A stretch of 27,352 nt of DNA from Tubiluchus corallicola (taxonomy: Eukaryota; Animalia; Priapulida). The position numbers and the translations under genes are program-made. The notes beneath the pieces are model-generated. The model searched no databases. It was not told the DNA's origin and saw nothing but the letters and a program-made list of their open reading frames with translations. Numbering within the stretch: position 1 is the stretch's first letter; the number at the start of each line of letters is the position of its first letter. Location: assembly GCA_030141605.1 (NCBI GenBank), contig JAQGDQ010000649.1, positions 1 through 27,352 of the forward strand, read 5' to 3'. Of the stretch, positions 22,201 through 27,352 are shown piece by piece.

Positions 22201-23321
22201 AGTCGTGTTTGGGCTGGTCGTAAAGAGGGCAGCTAATAAAGTAATGACCAACTGTTTCATAAGCAGAACCACATTGACAACTAGGTGATACTAACGACCC
22301 ATCGTAATTTTTGCATTTTCTGAGGTATAAATCATAATTAAGTTGGCAAGAACCAACTCTCATTCTAGTATGGTGTACAGATAAATTTTGAGTACTACTT
22401 GAACCCTTACCATCGCCGATCTAATCATCATTGTGATTACCATCATCACCATCGTTGTTATCATCTTTCCTCTACCAGCCGCTGCCATCATCAACATGAC
22501 CATGTTGATTGACAGCTTCCGTTATCACTGGATTGTTGCCATCATCACTCATCAACTACTGAAGCGACAACAACAACTATTGTACTTACTTTGGTTTGCA
22601 TTGCATCTATAAGGTCTTGTAGGTCTTCATCATCTCTGTATTTGATGATGGCTTTTTTGAGCAAGTTTTCTGGGGTGAGGCTCGTGTTTCTCACGTCAGA
22701 GAAAAATAGAATGAATATTAAAGCTCCCAGGACCACGAATGCCAAAAATATGAAGATCATACAGTATGCATACTGAAAAGAAAACGACGTACATTATATA
22801 CTCAAACATGTTGCTCAGTAATTAATTTTAAAATTGTTATTTTTCGTTTTCTGATGTATTAGTTTATTTTTCTTGTAAAACATTTAGATTTAATTTATTT
22901 TAAATTTTTTTACGTTCTGTTTATTGTCGTGATTACTTGCTGTTTATGTTTTCATTCATTTACTCATTGGTCGTTCACTCGTTCATTTATAATCATATAT
23001 TCACATATTTATTCACTCATTCATTCATCAATTTATATTTTTTCATTCACTCATTCAACATTTGCTCGTTTGTTCGATGATTTTTTCATTCGTTCATTTA
23101 TTTCTTTCCTTTTGTCTCTCTATTATACTTACCAGTTTCAATAGCACAGTATTTTCTCTCAGTGCTCCTGTACATCCCAAGAATGACACGCAGAACATGA
23201 TAGACCCTGTCATAATCATGGGAATGGCAGGATCTAATAAAACATCCATCCCATCCCGCACTGGCTTCCCTTTGTCTGCGTAGGCGTACAGTCCGATTCC
23301 GGCGAAGAATCCGCCACCCAC
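19294..23321 (-). CDS. Tetraspanin, TspanC8 subfamily, copy 2; complement join(23133-23321,22590-22772,21565-21693,21243-21290,20034-20150,19294-19374)
   Basis: Mirror image of copy 1 with the same splice sites. None of the arm differences I found falls in these exons. Confidence 0.94.
21953..22406 (-). mobile_element. Mirror copy of the truncated LINE fragment
   Basis: Reverse complement of 4945-5398 (ORF 22025-22363). Confidence 0.75.
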
Positions 23322-23657
23322 CTAAAATATGGTCATTCATTTATAGGACCGTGAATTTTTCAATCACATTTTACCATGGCTCCACACAACTATAAATTTA
23401 ATCATGTTTTTGAACACTTTCATCAAGTATTAATTGACATACACTAATGCAGTTTCAGTGCTCGGATGTTGACAAGTATGCATGATGTCTGAATAAGAGA
23501 GAAATTTATTTTTCATTTGGATACATGAGAATATGATGTTATGTCTTTATAGTTCAAGTATGGTTAGTGTAATTATTAAGTAAATGCTATCAAAAATTAC
23601 GAAATTAGCAAACAATTAAACAACACCTTTTTTATAAATAAATCCCACATTATGTTT

Positions 23658-23948
23658 ACTTTATTTTTGTTTATACATTTAGTCTACATGTAGTTTAAGC
23701 TTTATTTATTTATACATTTAGTCTTCATGTAGTTTAAATTTTATTTGTTTATACATTTAGTCTACATTTAGTTTAAGCTTTATTTATTTATACGTTTGGT
23801 CTCCATTTAGTTTAAACTTTATTTATTTATACATTTAGTCATCATTTAGTTTAAACTTGATGTATTTATACATTTAGTCTTCATGTAATTTAAACTTGAT
23901 TTAATTATACATTTATTCTACATTTAGTTTAAACTTGATTTATTTATA
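23658..23948 (-). repeat. Mirror copy of the 39-bp minisatellite
   Basis: Reverse complement of 3405-3695. Confidence 0.93.
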
Positions 23949-25145
23949 GTTGATTTACAAAACAGACTGGATCTGATTCAGGTATCTCCACGGTGTAAGT
24001 GCTGAGTGCAAAGTGCTAATAAAAGAATAATGGACGCCACAACTAATAATTATCTCACTTGACTTGATAAAACATTTGATTCAGTTACAATCAGTACGAT
24101 TACACTTACAAGCACGAACGGTATAAACACGATATTTTAATAACGACAGTAATAATATGAACACATTTATAAAGTAAGTTGGCTGATTAATCATTTCACA
24201 CCAAACTCTATTGTGTTGTAAAGCGAAAGGTTGATTTAATGAACTGCTGGAGTAAAGTTTGGATAATAAAGCAAGATTGGTGGCCAGTTTTGAATTTTTC
24301 TAATATATTTCTGTATAAAATACTACTGGATTATAATTTTGTAAGGATTCTCGTGTTACAGTGTGATGGTCGAGTAGGTACAGTGATATTTACTTACAGT
24401 GATATGAAACAGTGATATTTACTTACAGTGATATAAAACTGCAGTTCATGGAACAGATTTCGTGTTTTGTACGCAGTTTAGTACGGACGATTGCCAGTTA
24501 TATTTTTAAGTAAAAGATGAAGACTTAAAACATGGACAAATTTGGTCTACTCTACAACAAAAACCTCTAGCTTGACTAGTGACAATATTATTAACAAATT
24601 AACCAGCGCTCCGCGACGCATTTTGCACAAAATCGTAGTTGTTTTGAAACTTACCTCTGTAAATAGACACATCCAGTTAGATCTGTTCAAAAAAGATCAA
24701 TAATGCGCAGACACCCACATAGTGCCTTGTTGATACACAAAATACTGGTTATCGCAACAAAATCGGGGGAGGTGCCTATCGTAACTTTATTTTCTTAGGC
24801 AGTATTTTCTTTCTCACTGAGTAATAAAAAATTGGAATGCCGTTACACCGTTGCCGTTTGATCAGTGCAGGTTTCCTTGTACGGCGGGCCTTTCCTTTCT
24901 GACAGCGTGTGTATATTTTTCACCTGCATGCTCAAACAATTCCAAAACTATTTTTTGGGGAGCGTCTGTGCAAAATTGCCAAGAAAAGAGCGAAAACAGC
25001 CACATAAAGCATCGACATAATCTGAAGTATTAATAATAACCAAATCAGTAACTTGTAAGGCGGGCAAAATACGTAGCTAATTAGTAAAATTTAAATTCAT
25101 TATTGCCAAGAAAATCGTAATATTAGTCATCAACGGAATACCCGA

Positions 25146-25793
25146 GACGAATGTATCAATGTTCAATAACTTTTCTAAAGATCTATGCATGTTAGCCATC
25201 CCTAATACTACTGAAGAGTCTATCAATGTTCAATAACTTTTCTGAAGATCTATGCATGTTATCCATCCCTAATACTGACGAATCTATCAATGTTCAATAA
25301 CTTTTCTAGAGATCTATACATGTTATCCACGCCTAATACTGACGAATCTATCAATGTTCAATAACTTTTCTAAAGATCTATACATGTTATCCATCCTTAA
25401 TACTACCGAATCTATCAATGTTCAATAACTTTTCTAAAGATCTATACATGTTAACCATCCCTAATACTACCGAATCTATCAATGTTCAATAACTTTTCTA
25501 AAGATCTATACATGTTATCCATCCTTAATACTACCGAATCTATCAATGTTCAATAACTTTTCTAAAGATCTATACATGTTATCCATCCCTAATACTACCG
25601 AATCTATCAATGTTCAATAACTTTTCTAAAGATCTATACATGTTATCCATCCTTAATACTGCCGAATCTATCAATGTTCAATAACTTTTCTAAAGATCTG
25701 TACATGCTATCCATCTCTAATACTGCCGAATCTACCAATGTTCAATAACTTTTCTAGAACTCTATACATGTTATCCACCCCTAATACTGCCGA
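25146..25793 (-). repeat. Mirror copy of the 64-bp minisatellite
   Basis: Reverse complement of 1560-2207. Confidence 0.96.
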
Positions 25794-27352
25794 GTTGAGT
25801 AAGTTTAATACGATACACCTAATGAAATTCATTTTCATTAGTGCATTTCAAGTAACTTTCATTATATTCGAACATTGATAAGTTATGACAAAATGTGATT
25901 TCAGTACAACGGTTAGAGTTGCTGATTGATGACAAAACTGCGTGTTTAACGATAACTTATTTGTCGTTTATAAATTATTACAAATTACGTGCATTCGGTT
26001 TTTGATTATCGTCTTAGTTCATGTTCTTAATTCTTCAAATTACGACTTTTACCAGTTTGATATAGTGTGTTAATAAGTGTCAAAATTCAAGTGTTTAATA
26101 ACACGTGCTTTTAACAGATTTTGCAGATTATGCAATGAGTTAACCCACATTATTACAACCTGCTCAGTCTCCGTGCGGGTCATTGAAGATAAAGATCATC
26201 ACATTTTTATAATCATCTAATTTAGTATAACAACCGGTAGAGGTGAATTTGAAAAGTTGTCAAAAAACATTAAAATTCATGTCACGGCGTCCGGTGAGCA
26301 TTCAGCCACGCCCACCAGCGTGATTCAGAAATTGATTACTAAGAAATCTTAGAATTTCACATCACTAATTGATTACACGTTTGACACGACCATCGCTGCG
26401 ACATTTTTATAACATTAATTAGAAAATTATCTGTCTGTTGCGTCTGTGCTGATGAAGACTGCCTGGAAAGAGAGTGTTTATTATCTTAATTCGCCTAATG
26501 CGACATTTTTACAACTATCATTCCATCCAAATTATCAATTCTCAATTTCGTCACATTTAATTATAATTATTAAAGGCATAATGGACATTCACGGATCTCT
26601 CGACACGGCCATGATCTATGGTATGTACTAATTACTGTGCGTGCATGACTGGAATGAAATATATTGTCAAGCAACCAGAAAAATGGTGGAAAATTATAGC
26701 TTGTGATTTTTTGGCAGAATTATTGCTAATTATAGAAAGTGCTCACTGTGACAGCGCATTTTCGCTGACATGACACACGCAACAGCTCGGCCACAAAAAT
26801 TCAGAAACTCGGTACAACATATGAATCATAATCTAGGAGACAGGATGCAGAATTGTAATCACTGTCTGAAACGACTTTTGCATTTATTAGTGTAATATGT
26901 TAGAAGTCTCATATCAGGGGATGGCAAATCTTTGGATCCAGGACAAATAGTTTCCAGTCCTGTTGCTGTCTGTCTTGGGATTAGTGTGAAAGTTGCGTAG
27001 CAGCGATATTTTATATATTTTTGATATTTATTTATTTATTTATTTTAACTACAAAGCTTCACTTAGTAGTAGCATGATCTAAGGAAATTTTTTATCAATT
27101 TTTAAATTTTAGATTTAGTCTATCTAAATTATTTAATACGGCAGTTTAGGATGTATTTCAAAATTTAACGTTTATCAATCGTTTGTTTGTTGTGTTTATT
27201 CCCCTGCCTTAAGACCTTTAATAAGCAAGAAAAAAATTATATTTAAATTTGAATTTTCTATATTGTGCATTTAAATCCATTTATATGAAACTGCATACGT
27301 GTAATACAAGTGTGTAGCGAGTAGTTTTCGTTTTAAGATGACACATTTAATA

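Larger units (their letters stand above)
14913..27352 (-). repeat. Right arm of giant inverted repeat (reverse complement of 1-12439)
   Basis: It begins CTTCATATATTTGGATTC at 14913, the reverse complement of 12422-12439. About 10 substitutions and 2 indels versus the left arm were seen by manual comparison. Confidence 0.99.

Noticed and set aside
1-27352. Autonomous giant transposon or virus (Polinton/Maverick, linear plasmid) with long terminal inverted repeats
   Set aside because: No transposase, integrase, polymerase or capsid ORF is present. The arms are ordinary host gene sequence and the interior is only satellite.

Overview
AT-rich, intron-containing animal (probably invertebrate) genomic DNA. 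The whole window is one giant inverted repeat. Arm 1 (1-12439) and arm 2 (14913-27352) are reverse complements from the first to the last base, and I found only about 10 substitutions and 2 small indels between them by eye. The 2473-bp spacer (12440-14912) is not palindromic and is almost entirely a single-orientation array of about 69 copies of a 34-bp repeat with higher-order structure. Each arm carries a spliced TspanC8-subfamily tetraspanin gene (6 clear coding exons, 248 aa, no canonical first exon visible) pointing inward. Each arm also carries the probable 3' end of a second, unidentified gene pointing outward, whose upstream exons are absent, plus a 5'-truncated LINE fragment and three minisatellites (64, 39 and 27 bp units). 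The main open question is whether this is a real palindromic amplicon or fold-back rearrangement, or a hairpin library/assembly artefact. The sequence alone cannot settle it.
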